Of a DNA stretch of 64,000 nucleotides, positions 9,445 through 19,542 are shown piece by piece. The position numbers and the translations under genes were made by a program. The notes under the pieces were generated by a model, which worked only from the letters and a program-made list of their open reading frames with translations, had not been told where the DNA came from and ran no database searches. This DNA is from Diplonema japonicum (Eukaryota > Protista > Euglenozoa: Diplonemea). The stretch is from contig OZ025712.1 of NCBI GenBank assembly GCA_964019335.1, positions 62,001-126,000 of the forward strand. Reading direction: 5' to 3'. Each line of letters opens with the position of its first letter. Positions within the stretch are counted from its first letter, which is position 1.

Positions 9445-10362
9445 TTACGGCTTGATGGCAGGGATGAACCTGTCCTCAGAGGGGTCATGGGGGCACACAC
9501 GGCACCTGTCCTGCACGTTCCAAGGGCCGTGAGGCTTGCTGGGCTTGGGGCACATGTGCCTCTGGCACTCCCCGTTCTGCCAAGCACACTCACCAGGGAG
9601 AGTGTTCCAGCAAGAGTCTTCGTCGCCGTAAGAGGCGCAGTTCGCAGTGGCGGGTGAGTAGGCGAAGAAGGTGAACGCCATGAGCTCAGGTGCCTTCACC
9701 ACATCGGTTGTACCCTCCGCCGCGAGCTTGTGGTAGATAACAAGGTTGTGAAGGTGGCTGTCCACATTCACGTCCAAGTCCATCACCGTCCCACAGCGGT
9801 AGGGGGTGAACCCGTCAGCGAGGAGGATCGCCTGGATGTTCCCACCGTCCTCGTACTGGCAAGGGGGGCAGCTGTACACCATCACGAAGTGGTCACACAT
9901 CTTCCCCACACCACCAAACCCGGTCACACAGTCCATGTGCATCTCGTAGTTCTCCTTCGTGCGAACAGAAGGAACCTGTCCCCACCTCCCGATCATCGTG
10001 GGGGGGAAGTTGTAGAACCTCGAGTCGTCCATGTCGGTGAAACCCTTCATCCCGTTGATGATGCGTGTTGCCTTGGTCCCGCTGCTGGGGGCACTGGGGT
10101 CGGGGTTGATCTCATGACCCACTCCGAAACCTGCATTCGGGTTGGACACGATGCAGTCGTCCGCGCTGCTGACACCACTGCTCCCACCACAGGGGATCCT
10201 GCAGCTCTGACCGTCGTCTCGCACGCAACGCCCGTTCACCCTCTTCGCACCAAGACAGGTGAAGGTGTCACACGAGCCTTCTTGAGTCCCGCTCATCCCG
10301 TTCCCAGCTGCACTCCCTGCAAAGGCAAGTGCCATCACTGCGAGCATCTTTCCGTGGGTCAT
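9445..10362 (-). CDS. Secreted Cys-rich protein, type B (305 aa), array 1
   Basis: Intact paralog with the CDTFTC/RDDGQ/PSKP..NVQ variants. ATG at 10362. Confidence 0.85.
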   Translation of the reverse strand: MTHGKMLAVMALAFAGSAAGNGMSGTQEGSCDTFTCLGAKRVNGRCVRDDGQSCRIPCGGSSGVSSADDCIVSNPNAGFGVGHEINPDPSAPSSGTKATRIINGMKGFTDMDDSRFYNFPPTMIGRWGQVPSVRTKENYEMHMDCVTGFGGVGKMCDHFVMVYSCPPCQYEDGGNIQAILLADGFTPYRCGTVMDLDVNVDSHLHNLVIYHKLAAEGTTDVVKAPELMAFTFFAYSPATANCASYGDEDSCWNTLPGECAWQNGECQRHMCPKPSKPHGPWNVQDRCRVCPHDPSEDRFIPAIKP

Positions 10363-10892
10363 GTTGTTGTTGTGTTGTTGTTGTGTGTGAAAACTGATGG
10401 TTGTTGCATTGACCGATCTTTCGTTCGTTAATATAATATTTGTGTATATAAAAGAGTAACTTCGAATATCGAGAAACAGAGAGGGAATAATCAAAAGGGG
10501 AAACAAAAGAGGAGTGGGGGACGAGTGCACCCCAACGGACTGCGGGCAGGGAGAGGGCCTGCCCGAGATATTGATTTTTTTTTTAAAGTTTAGAAAACCG
10601 ATATTGTTCATAACAAAAGAAATGGGGGACGATTGCACCCCTACGGATTGTGGGCAGATTGTGCCCGAGAACCTTTTTTTTGAATATTAAATTTGTCATA
10701 GATCTTCAATCTGCTGAGTCATGCTGAACGGAGGGAGCTCACTCCAGCTTCCGTAACACAGCTGACGTATGATGTTTGTAGTCATAGAAAAGAGAGGAAA
10801 AATAGGAAAGAGGTTTTGAAAAGTGGATTCAGAGGATGAAATGAATGAGGTTGTTTGTCTGCTCTCATAGGTTGGTCTTGATACCACCCAGC

Positions 10893-11810
10893 TTACGGCT
10901 TGATGGCAGGGATGAACCTGTTCTCAGAGGGGTCGTGGGGGCACACACGGCACCTGTCCTGCACGTTCCAAGGGCCGTGAGGCTTGCTGGGCTTGGGGCA
11001 CATGTGCCTCTGGCACTCCCCGTTCTGCCAAGCACACTCACCAGGGAGAGTGTTCCAGCAAGAGTCCTCGTCGCCGTAAGAGGCGCAGTTCGCAGTGGCG
11101 GGTGAGTAGGCGAAGAAAGTGAACGCCATAAGCTTGGGTGCCTTCACCACATCGGTTGTACCCTCCGCCGCGAGCTTGTGGTAGATAACAAGGTTGTGAA
11201 GGTGGCTGTCCACATTCACGTCCAAGTCCATCACCGTCCCACAGCGGTAGGGGGTGAACCCGTCAGCGAGGAGGATCGCCTGGATGTTCCCACCGTCCTC
11301 GTACTGGCAAGGGGGGCAGCTGTACACCATCACGAAGTGGTCACACATCTTCCCCACACCACCAAACCCGGTCACACAGTCCATGTGCATCTCGTAGTTC
11401 TCCTTCGTGCGAACAGAAGGAACCTGTCCCCACCTCCCGATCATCGTGGGGGGGAAGTTGTAGAACCTCGAGTCGTCCATGTCGGTGAAACCCTTCATCC
11501 CGTTGATGATGCGTGTTGCCTTGGTCCCGCTGCTGGGGGCACTGGGGTCGGGGTTGATCTCATGACCCACTCCGAAACCTGCATTCGGGTTGGACATGAT
11601 GCAGTCGTCCGCGCTGCTGACACCACTGCTCCCACCACAGGGGATCCTGCAGCTCTGACCGTCGTCTCGCACGCAACGCCCGTTCACCCTCTTCGCACCA
11701 AGACACATGTAACTGTCACACGAGCCTTCTTGAGTCCCGCTCATCCCGTTCCCAGCTGCACTCCCTGCAAAGGCAAGTGCCATCACTGCGAGCATCTTTC
11801 CGTGGGTCAT
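10893..11810 (-). CDS. Secreted Cys-rich protein, mosaic A/B/C (305 aa), array 1
   Basis: Intact paralog combining diagnostic residues of the three types. Confidence 0.85.
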   Translation of the reverse strand: MTHGKMLAVMALAFAGSAAGNGMSGTQEGSCDSYMCLGAKRVNGRCVRDDGQSCRIPCGGSSGVSSADDCIMSNPNAGFGVGHEINPDPSAPSSGTKATRIINGMKGFTDMDDSRFYNFPPTMIGRWGQVPSVRTKENYEMHMDCVTGFGGVGKMCDHFVMVYSCPPCQYEDGGNIQAILLADGFTPYRCGTVMDLDVNVDSHLHNLVIYHKLAAEGTTDVVKAPKLMAFTFFAYSPATANCASYGDEDSCWNTLPGECAWQNGECQRHMCPKPSKPHGPWNVQDRCRVCPHDPSENRFIPAIKP

Positions 11811-11914
11811 GTTGTTGTAGTTGTAGAGAACTGTGATTTGTATTCCAGAATGCTGATAGACACTATCTCGAAGCAGTTAAGGAGGCTGAGGCTGAGGCTG
11901 AGGGATGCTCGGTG

Positions 11915-12355
11915 AGTATTGAAAAGGATTTCAAAAATCAAGGCAATTCCACGACCTCAGGAGCCTTTCAGCCACCAAGGAACACACGAGCAGCATCCTC
12001 GGTGGCGGTGCCGGGACGCTCTTGCTACCACGCTGCCTAGCAGGCGCATATATCTTCAAATTACTTCTTCAGTGTTTCAGTCAGGACCAATGCAACAGAG
12101 CACTTTCTTGTGGTCAGAGCAGACAGATCCACAGTTTTATGACAGCGCTGGAAGCTTGTAATAATACTGAAATAATCCATTGCCACTGGTAGGAGTTCGA
12201 CTAGTTTCTTCAGAAAAGGGGTCAGCAATGCCATTTTACGCAGTAAACTGGGAGGGCAGGTGGCTGGATGTCCAAACAACGTGTAACAGTGTAGTCAGCA
12301 AGGTGGCCAAGGCAGGTACAATCACATGATCTTTTGGAAAAAGGAGTACAGCTTT
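11915..12355 (-). mobile_element. Decayed non-LTR retrotransposon (LINE) reverse-transcriptase fragment
   Basis: Across frameshifts the minus strand reads LTTLLHVVWTSSHLPSQF / ALLTPFLKK / SAVIKLWICLL / ARQRG / PGTATEDAARV / GIA-LDFxKSF. This is the order of the N-terminal LINE RT motifs up to lDf.KaFD. Confidence 0.5.
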
Positions 12356-13166
12356 TTACGCCAACAAAAACCTCACGTGAAATTCTCTGAAACATGATTG
12401 GTAAAAAAAAGAAAAAGAGACATTTAAGGGTACCTGCGGTATGTGACAGGACACCTGAAGAGTCTCAATCTATCTCTTGATCGAACCTTTCTGCTGTGGT
12501 GTGGCCTTCGGCCCCTTGTCCACCCTCCTCGGTACCTTAGGTATAAAACCCTCAACCGAGTTGGTCGGAAGGACACAATTGTACAGTTGTCTCTCAAGGA
12601 TGTGGCGGGTCACCGGGGAGGCGATACCGAGGAGTAGCCCCTTACGGAGCTGTTGTAGTAACCCAACGTGCGTAGGGAGTGGACAGAAACTACTGACGCA
12701 GCTGGGATGAGGGGCGCTATGCCCTTACTGGTGTGGATGCGTTCTAAAAAAAAAAAAAAAAAGATAAATGATACCTCAAAAGGGAAATTCCCAACCACCT
12801 ATTGTCACCAGTGGCGAGGGGGGGGGGGGGGGGGGGTTTAATAAAGAGAGATCATAAAAGAAGAATAGGTAACTTCGATATCGAGGAAACAGAGAGGAAG
12901 AGGATCAAGGGGGATGTGCTAAAATGGGGGACGAGTGCACCCCTACGGACACCAGACGGGAAGAGGAGGGATGTCTGGCATTTTGCTTTTTTTTTCTTTA
13001 TTTCTTGAGTCACGCTGGACACGGAGGGAGGTCACTCCGAGCTACCATGGCAGCTGACGATTAGTGTATTCATATAGTTTAGTTCAGAGAGGTGTAAATA
13101 GGAAAGAAGCATCAAGATGGGTTTCTAAGAGAGGAAGAGTATCTTCTTCAACTCACTCTTAGATTC

Positions 13167-14093
13167 TCACTTCTTGATGGCAGGGATGAACCTGTCCTCA
13201 GAGGGGTCATGGGGGCACACACGGCACCTGTTCTGAACAGGCCAGGGACCACGGGGCTTGTGGGGCTTTTTGCACAAGTGCCTCTGGCACTCCCCGTTCT
13301 GCCAAGCACACTCACCAGGGAGAGTGTTCCAGCAAGAGTCCTCGTCGCCGTAAGAGGCGCAGTTCGCGGTGGCGGGTGAGTAGGCGAAGAAGGTGAACTC
13401 CATAAGCTTGGGTGCCTTCACCACATCGGTCTCACCCTCCGCCGCGAGCTTGTGGTAGATAACAAGGTTGTGAAGGTGGCTGTCCACATTCACGTCCAAG
13501 TCCATCACCGTCCCACAGCGGTAGGGGGTGAACCCGTCAGCGAGGAGGATCGCCTGGATGTTCCCACCGTCCTCGTACTGGCAAGGGGGGCAGCTGTACA
13601 CCATCACGAAATGGTCACACATCTTCCCTTCACCACCGTAGCCGGTCACACAGTCCATGTGCATCTCGTAACCTGCCTCAGTGCGGACAGTTGGGACCTG
13701 TCCCCACCTCCCGATCATCGTGGGGGGGAAGTTGGAGAACCTCGAGTCATCCATGTCGGTGAAGCCCTTCATCCCTTCGATGATACGTGTTGCCTTGGTC
13801 CCGCTGCTGGGGGCACTGGGGTCGGGGTTGATTTCAAGCCCCGCTGGAAGCGAGAGGCCTGTCCCGAAGCCCGCCTTCGAAAGGGACAAGATGCAGTCGT
13901 CCGCGCTGTTGGTACCACCACAGGGGATCGTGCAGCTCTCTCCATCAGCTCGCACGCAACGCCCGTTCACCTTCTCCGCACCAAGACACATAAAGGTGTC
14001 ACACGAGCCTTCTTGAGTCCCGCTCATCCTGTTCTCGGCCGCAGTCCCCGCAAAGGCAAGTGCCATCACTGCGAGCATCTTTCCGTGGGTCAT
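13167..14093 (-). CDS. Secreted Cys-rich protein, type C (308 aa), array 1
   Basis: More divergent paralog; near-identical to 36140-37066. Confidence 0.85.
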   Translation of the reverse strand: MTHGKMLAVMALAFAGTAAENRMSGTQEGSCDTFMCLGAEKVNGRCVRADGESCTIPCGGTNSADDCILSLSKAGFGTGLSLPAGLEINPDPSAPSSGTKATRIIEGMKGFTDMDDSRFSNFPPTMIGRWGQVPTVRTEAGYEMHMDCVTGYGGEGKMCDHFVMVYSCPPCQYEDGGNIQAILLADGFTPYRCGTVMDLDVNVDSHLHNLVIYHKLAAEGETDVVKAPKLMEFTFFAYSPATANCASYGDEDSCWNTLPGECAWQNGECQRHLCKKPHKPRGPWPVQNRCRVCPHDPSEDRFIPAIKK

Positions 14094-14259
14094 GTTGTTG
14101 TTGATGTTGTTAGCTGTTGTGGCTATATATTTACGGAGGAAAAAAAAGGGGGGGAGTCAGAACAAAATAAATTCTACAAAGTTGGTGCGAAGCAACACCA
14201 CTAACTGCGAAACAGGGCGGGATACAAAGAAAGGAGGAAGGTACAAAAAAAATATGGAG

Positions 14260-14524
14260 GAGAGCTATTTACTCCTCTCTCTCTTCTAATCCTTCTTCTT
14301 CAGCATGGCTCCGCGACCATACCGCCGCGGCGGGGCTTGATGTCCCCCTTCCTTCTTCGTCATGCGAGCATTAGCGCTCAGATGTGCGGTACTTATCACC
14401 TCCGTCAGAAGACAGCTGCAGGTAAGCTCACCCTCTTCGCGCAATCACTCTTCGGACTGTTCCCTACCCCCCCCACAGGGAAAGTCAGGACAGCCTCCGT
14501 CGGCCTGGACCTTGGTCCCTCCAT
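14260..14524 (-). pseudogene. Histone H2A-like pseudogene (frameshifted)
   Basis: ATG at 14524 gives MEGPRSRPTEAVLTFPVGGVG...AKRVSLPAAVF. With three single-base insertions it continues LTEVI-(E/K)YRTSE-ALMLA*RRRKGDIKPR, matching H2A SRS..AGL.FPVGRV...A.R....AVYLAAVLEYLTAE.LELA...RI.PR. Not in the ORF track. Confidence 0.6.
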
Positions 14525-14845
14525 TATTCGGGCTGGACTGGCATTTTAGCTTATGCGTGATTCCCTTGGTTTTGTTTTCTTTTTTACGGTGCTGTTTTGT
14601 AGGGAAAGGGATAAGAAAGAGGAGGAAATATAAAAAGTGGGGAGGGGGGAGAACGTAACAGTTGTACGAGGAACCAAAAAGAAAATAACGGTGAATTAAA
14701 AGGGAAAAAAAAAAGGGGGGGAAAAAAAAGGACGGCGACCAACATCGCCCATGCACTGTGGGTGGGGGGCAGTGCATGGAGAAAGAAAAAAAAAAAAAAA
14801 AAAAGGAAGAAACAAAAAACCGTTTTTCTGTTCTTTTCGTTTCAT

Positions 14846-15295
14846 CTATTTCCGTTTCTTGCCCCTACCTCTCTTGGCCTGCTCGTAGTTTCCCACTGCA
14901 GCTGCTCCCGCGGCGAGAGCATGGCTGGCAAGCTCTTTGGGGTAGTGCAGCTTAACCGCGGCCATGATTGCGCGTGAGCTCATTGTGGCCATATTGGCGT
15001 GCGTTGCAAGGCGCCCTGCCTCGCACGCTAGTCTGTCAAAGAGATCATGAATTAGGGAATCCATGATGCCCATTCCCTTTGCAGTAATGCGCGTCTTACC
15101 TGCCTTGTTCTCAATAGACCTAACGAGTTTGTGCACGTACCGCGTGTAAGAGGTGTACTGCTTGGTCTTTCTAAGCCGTGTGACCTTAACAGCATCCTTT
15201 GCCTGCTTTATCTTACTCGCCTTCGTCATCTTCTCTGGCTTTGCTGGCTTCCTGCCTACTGGCCTGGGAACGGACTTCTGCGAGGAGGCAGGCAT
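14846..15295 (-). CDS. Divergent histone H2B-like protein
   Basis: SYTRYVHKLV...ITAKGMGIMDSLIHDLFDRLACEAGRLA...TMSSRAIMAAVKLHYPKELASHALAAGAAAVGNY is the H2B fold. Basic N-tail and an extra basic C-tail. Confidence 0.85.
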   Translation of the reverse strand: MPASSQKSVPRPVGRKPAKPEKMTKASKIKQAKDAVKVTRLRKTKQYTSYTRYVHKLVRSIENKAGKTRITAKGMGIMDSLIHDLFDRLACEAGRLATHANMATMSSRAIMAAVKLHYPKELASHALAAGAAAVGNYEQAKRGRGKKRK

Positions 15296-16061
15296 TTTTC
15301 TTCTCTCTTTTACTTAGCTGTATTTTTTCCCCCCCCGGCCGTGTGACTTGGACGGCAGGACAACATCCACAAAGTGGAGAAGACGCCAAAGACTTACACC
15401 ACCACCTTAGCATCAGAAGAAAAATGACGGACTGCGCAGGACACCCTTTGAGAAAGAAAAAAAAATGAATGAAATAGCGTCTTGACATTCCCCCCCCTTT
15501 TTTTTTTTTTTTTTTTTTTGCATAAACTTGGGGTAGGGAAATAAAGAAACGGTGAAGGTCCAATATGGAAAAAAAAAAAAAAAAAAAATGGAAAAAAAAT
15601 TAGGACGGCGAGAGGAAGGGGAAAGAAACTGGTGGGTTTTTTCCCCCTCTTCTCTACCCTTTTTTTTTTATCTTCCCTACTTTTTATCTTTGCAAAAAAA
15701 AGGGGGGGGGGCGTAGTCAAGAAGCATAAGAAAAAAAAAAAAAAAAACAGGGAGGTGGGAACGGGAAAAGGACATACAACCTCAAATGCATGCAGCTTAG
15801 TCCCAGTTTTATCGGTCGTAGAAGGCGAGAAGTAAAGAAGAAAAAAATATTTTCAAATCAAATCGAAATGAACGAATGGGGAAAACACAACAAGGTCCAC
15901 ATGCTTCATAAAAGACAATTGAAAAAAGAAAGAAAGAAAGAAAATGCGCGCGATGAGGAACAGAAGGACAATAAAAGGTATTCTCATCACTTTACTTCAC
16001 GCAAAATAAATTCCTGGTGACGAACATTTTGCTAGTATTTCAGTAGCGTGCTCAGAGCTTT

Positions 16062-18334
16062 CCTCTTATTCTCTTTTTAGTTGAATGGGACAATAAAGTC
16101 AAATTTGAAAAAAAAAAAAGAACATCAACCTTGTTGATGTAACGATAGAGTATTCGTTGCATGGTTTCATTAACAAAACGCATACATTCGCGGATGGAAA
16201 AAAAGGGGGGGAGGGGGAGACGAGACAAGATATCCTCATCAGCTTAACCACAGGCACCACAAGAGAGATCTCCCCATGTCAGCTAGTGATTAAGTGTCCG
16301 AGGTGCTCAAGTCGTGCTTTTCATAGTGTGCTCAGAGCTTTGCGGAGCCCTTGAGCTTTCCGATGACTGTCTGGGGGGCGTACTTGTCGATGTAGGACTC
16401 GGAGTGCATCATGTTGAACTCCTCTGTTGCGTCCTTGCCGGCGTAGAGCATGATGGCCTCCTTCCCACCGGGGTGCTCTGCGAGGAAGGCTGTGACGTCC
16501 AGGACCCTCCCGTTCACGACGACCCAGCAGTCGGTGTCCTTCGTGTGTGCCGCCACCTCTTCCAAGGTGTACTCGCCTCCTGTCTTCGAAGAAGAAGACT
16601 CCTTCTTGTCGTCGTCTCCTTTCCCATCGAAGTCGTACTGGGTGTCCCTGGGGATCGCTCCGGTTGCCCCTTCGACAGCGGAGGATGAGGATGATGATGA
16701 GGAGGAGGTTGCGGTGCCCTCGCCGAAGTTGATGGTGACGCTCTTCGTGACGGGGTCCACCGTGAGGTTCACGGCTGAGCCAGCACCTGTACCGCTTCCT
16801 CCTCCGTTTTTGGTGAGCTGCGTGGTGAGGTAGGTGGCGGCAGAGGCCCCGCTGACCCTTCCGTAGACGACGCAGTCGAGGAGGGAGGAACCCCCGAGAC
16901 GGTTCTTCCCGTGGATCCCGCCCGCCACCTCGCCGCCGGCGAACACTCCCGGGAGGATGGAGCCGTCCTCCTTCAGAACCTCCGCCTCCGCGTTCACCTT
17001 CAGTCCCCCCAAGGTGTAGTGGATCACGGGGGTCACGATCCCCACGTAGAAGGTGTCGTCCGTCACGAGCGGGAGGTTCACGAAGAACTTCCTTCCGAAC
17101 CGGTCGCTCTTCTGCTCCGCCGCCTTGTTGAAGTCGTCGAAGGTCTCCCTGATCTTCTCCACGGAGACCCCCATGTCCTGAGCGAGGGCCTCTGCCCCGA
17201 CGTACTTCTTCATCAGCCCCCTCCCCGCGTAGTGGAGGCAGTGCCACTCGATGGACTTCGACGAGGCCCCGTTCAAAACGAGCCTGTAGGGTCCCTTGTC
17301 GTGCGCCCACATCGCCCCCGTCACGTAGTCCCTCTTCTGCAGCTCGTCCACGAAGCGGTCCCCGTTCTTGTCGAGGAAGATCCCTCCCGCCCCACGGAGC
17401 GCCTCCGCCGCCAGGAACTTCACCTTCGCATCCGGCTCGTTCGGGTGCACCAGCGCCGTCGGGTGGATCTGCACCATGTCGAGGTCCACGGTCGACCCCC
17501 CCACCGCCTGCGCCATCTTGATCCCGTCCCCGGTGCAGTGTACCCCGTTTGTGGTCGGGAGCTCCATGTACTCCGGGCGCAGCTGCGCCAACAAGCTGTT
17601 CGCCGTAAAGTCCGCGCCGAAGCCCCCCGTCGTCAGCACCACGGGACCCATCGCCGTCCCCTCCTTCCCCTCCCGCTCGTACCTGCACCCGATCACCTCC
17701 CCGGCCCCGTTCTTCAGGAGCTCCGTCGCCCGCGTCTTCGTCAGGATCTGCACCCGCTCCGGCGCCGCCGCCATCACCTCCTCCAGCTTCTCCAACAAGG
17801 CGTAGGTGATCGTCATCCCAGGGAACTTCTGCTTCCCCCTGTGCGTGCGCGGAAAGGTGTGGCCCCCGAGCCGCCCCACCAGCGACAAGTCCAGCCCGAA
17901 CTTCTCAATCAGCCACTCGATCCCCGGAGCAGAGTCGTACACGAGCCTCTTGTTCGTCTCCAGGTACGGGTTCACCGCAGGGTCCAAGCTGTCCTTCCCC
18001 TCCATCTCCGCCTGCTTCTTCGCCGCCTCCGCCGGAGGAGCCCCCTTGATCGCCGCGTCCGCCGTGTCCTTCAGGAACGCGTCCACAGTGTCTCCGACCC
18101 CGAGCCGCTGCTGCGTCCTCGTCAGCGCCCCGTTGATCCCGCTCGTCGCCTTCGTCGAGTTCCCCCCGCAGAACGACAGCTTCTCCAGCAGCAACACGTT
18201 CGCCCCCCTCTCCAGCACCGTGTGGCACGCGCTCAGACCAGCCAGACCACCTCCCACGACAATTACCTGCGCCATCTTTTTTTTCTTTTTTTAGAAAATA
18301 AGATATGTCTGTTTTGTGTGTTAAAGGAAGCAAG
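16062..18334. repeat. Direct duplication (~2.27 kb) of 1613-3888 (fumarate reductase gene plus flanks)
   Basis: Near-identical sequence at an offset of ~14.45 kb; the differences I saw are only in the flanks. Confidence 0.95.
16332..18275 (-). CDS. Fumarate reductase-cytochrome b5 fusion; copy 2
   Basis: Protein identical to 1886-3829. Confidence 0.92.
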   Translation of the reverse strand: MAQVIVVGGGLAGLSACHTVLERGANVLLLEKLSFCGGNSTKATSGINGALTRTQQRLGVGDTVDAFLKDTADAAIKGAPPAEAAKKQAEMEGKDSLDPAVNPYLETNKRLVYDSAPGIEWLIEKFGLDLSLVGRLGGHTFPRTHRGKQKFPGMTITYALLEKLEEVMAAAPERVQILTKTRATELLKNGAGEVIGCRYEREGKEGTAMGPVVLTTGGFGADFTANSLLAQLRPEYMELPTTNGVHCTGDGIKMAQAVGGSTVDLDMVQIHPTALVHPNEPDAKVKFLAAEALRGAGGIFLDKNGDRFVDELQKRDYVTGAMWAHDKGPYRLVLNGASSKSIEWHCLHYAGRGLMKKYVGAEALAQDMGVSVEKIRETFDDFNKAAEQKSDRFGRKFFVNLPLVTDDTFYVGIVTPVIHYTLGGLKVNAEAEVLKEDGSILPGVFAGGEVAGGIHGKNRLGGSSLLDCVVYGRVSGASAATYLTTQLTKNGGGSGTGAGSAVNLTVDPVTKSVTINFGEGTATSSSSSSSSSAVEGATGAIPRDTQYDFDGKGDDDKKESSSSKTGGEYTLEEVAAHTKDTDCWVVVNGRVLDVTAFLAEHPGGKEAIMLYAGKDATEEFNMMHSESYIDKYAPQTVIGKLKGSAKL

Positions 18335-18616
18335 GTTGGCTAAAGACAGGAACATAAAGAAAACAGGGAGGAAGTGAAAATGAAGAAGCAAAACAAAGAC
18401 AAAGCTCTTAAAGCCGCTGGCTGCAGCCTTCAAACGAAAAATAAAAGGAGTGCAAAACTAAAATCAGAAAAGGGGGTGAGCTATATTGCAATAGCTCAGA
18501 GGATTAATCCAAAAAGTCAATTTGCAATTGGCATTAACCATATTGCAAGGGGGAAATGATCAAAACTAGCAGTCTGGGTGCTGGGCACTGAAAGATTCCG
18601 GTGAATGGCATCTTGC

Positions 18617-19443
18617 TCATTCCTTCTTGTCCTCCTTCTTCTCCTCTTCCTTCTTCTCCTCCTTGGGCTCCTCAGTGGTGTTCTCCTGTTTTTGTTGAGA
18701 GGTGAGTTTTTTCTTGCCACTGGCATACCGTGGATGAAGAGCCAGCGTTGGCAGCTGCGGCGGCCTCGTAGTCCTTCTTCCCGCACTCCATCACGAGCTT
18801 CTGCACCTTGTCGGTGGCCTCCTGGAGCTGCTCCGCGGAGGAGGACTCGTTGTTCAAGAGGTCCCTCGCCTCCTGAACTGCCTCCTTCACCTCCTGCTTC
18901 TCCGCCTCCGACACGTGCTTCCAGTCCTCGAGAGCCTTCTCCGCCTGAACCACCTGTGTCTCCACTGTGTTCTTCGCCTCAACAGCCTCCCTCTTCTTCG
19001 TGTCCTGCTCCTTCATGTCCTCCGCGTCCCTGATCATCCTCTCGATCTCTTCCTTGTTCAGGCCACCGCTCGACTGGATGCGCACGTTCTGCTCCTTCCC
19101 GGTCGCCTTGTCCTTCCCGGACACGGTGCAGATCCCGTTCGCGTCGATGTCGAACGTCACCTCGATCTGAGGAACACCACGCGGTGCGGGGGGAACGCCA
19201 GTCAGGTCGAACTGACCGAGGACCTGGTTGTCCGCAGCCATCTCCCTCTCTCCCTGAAGCACCTTGATCCCGACCTGGCTCTGGTTGTCAGCGGCGGTCG
19301 AGAACACCTGTAGTTTTTTTTCTTTTTTTTTTTTTTATGTTTTATGTTATTAGTATTGGTTGGCTTACCTGGCTCTTCTTCGTGGGGATGGTGGTGTTCT
19401 TGGGGATGAGACGGGTGAACACACCACCGAGGGTCTCGATACC

Positions 19444-19542
<99 letters not shown>

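Noticed and set aside
11822-11836. ACAGTTCTCTAC upstream of the 10893 gene as a retroposed spliced-leader remnant
   Set aside because: Too short and imperfect; it is better explained as a variant of the ACAGTTTTCAC acceptor context in sister copies.
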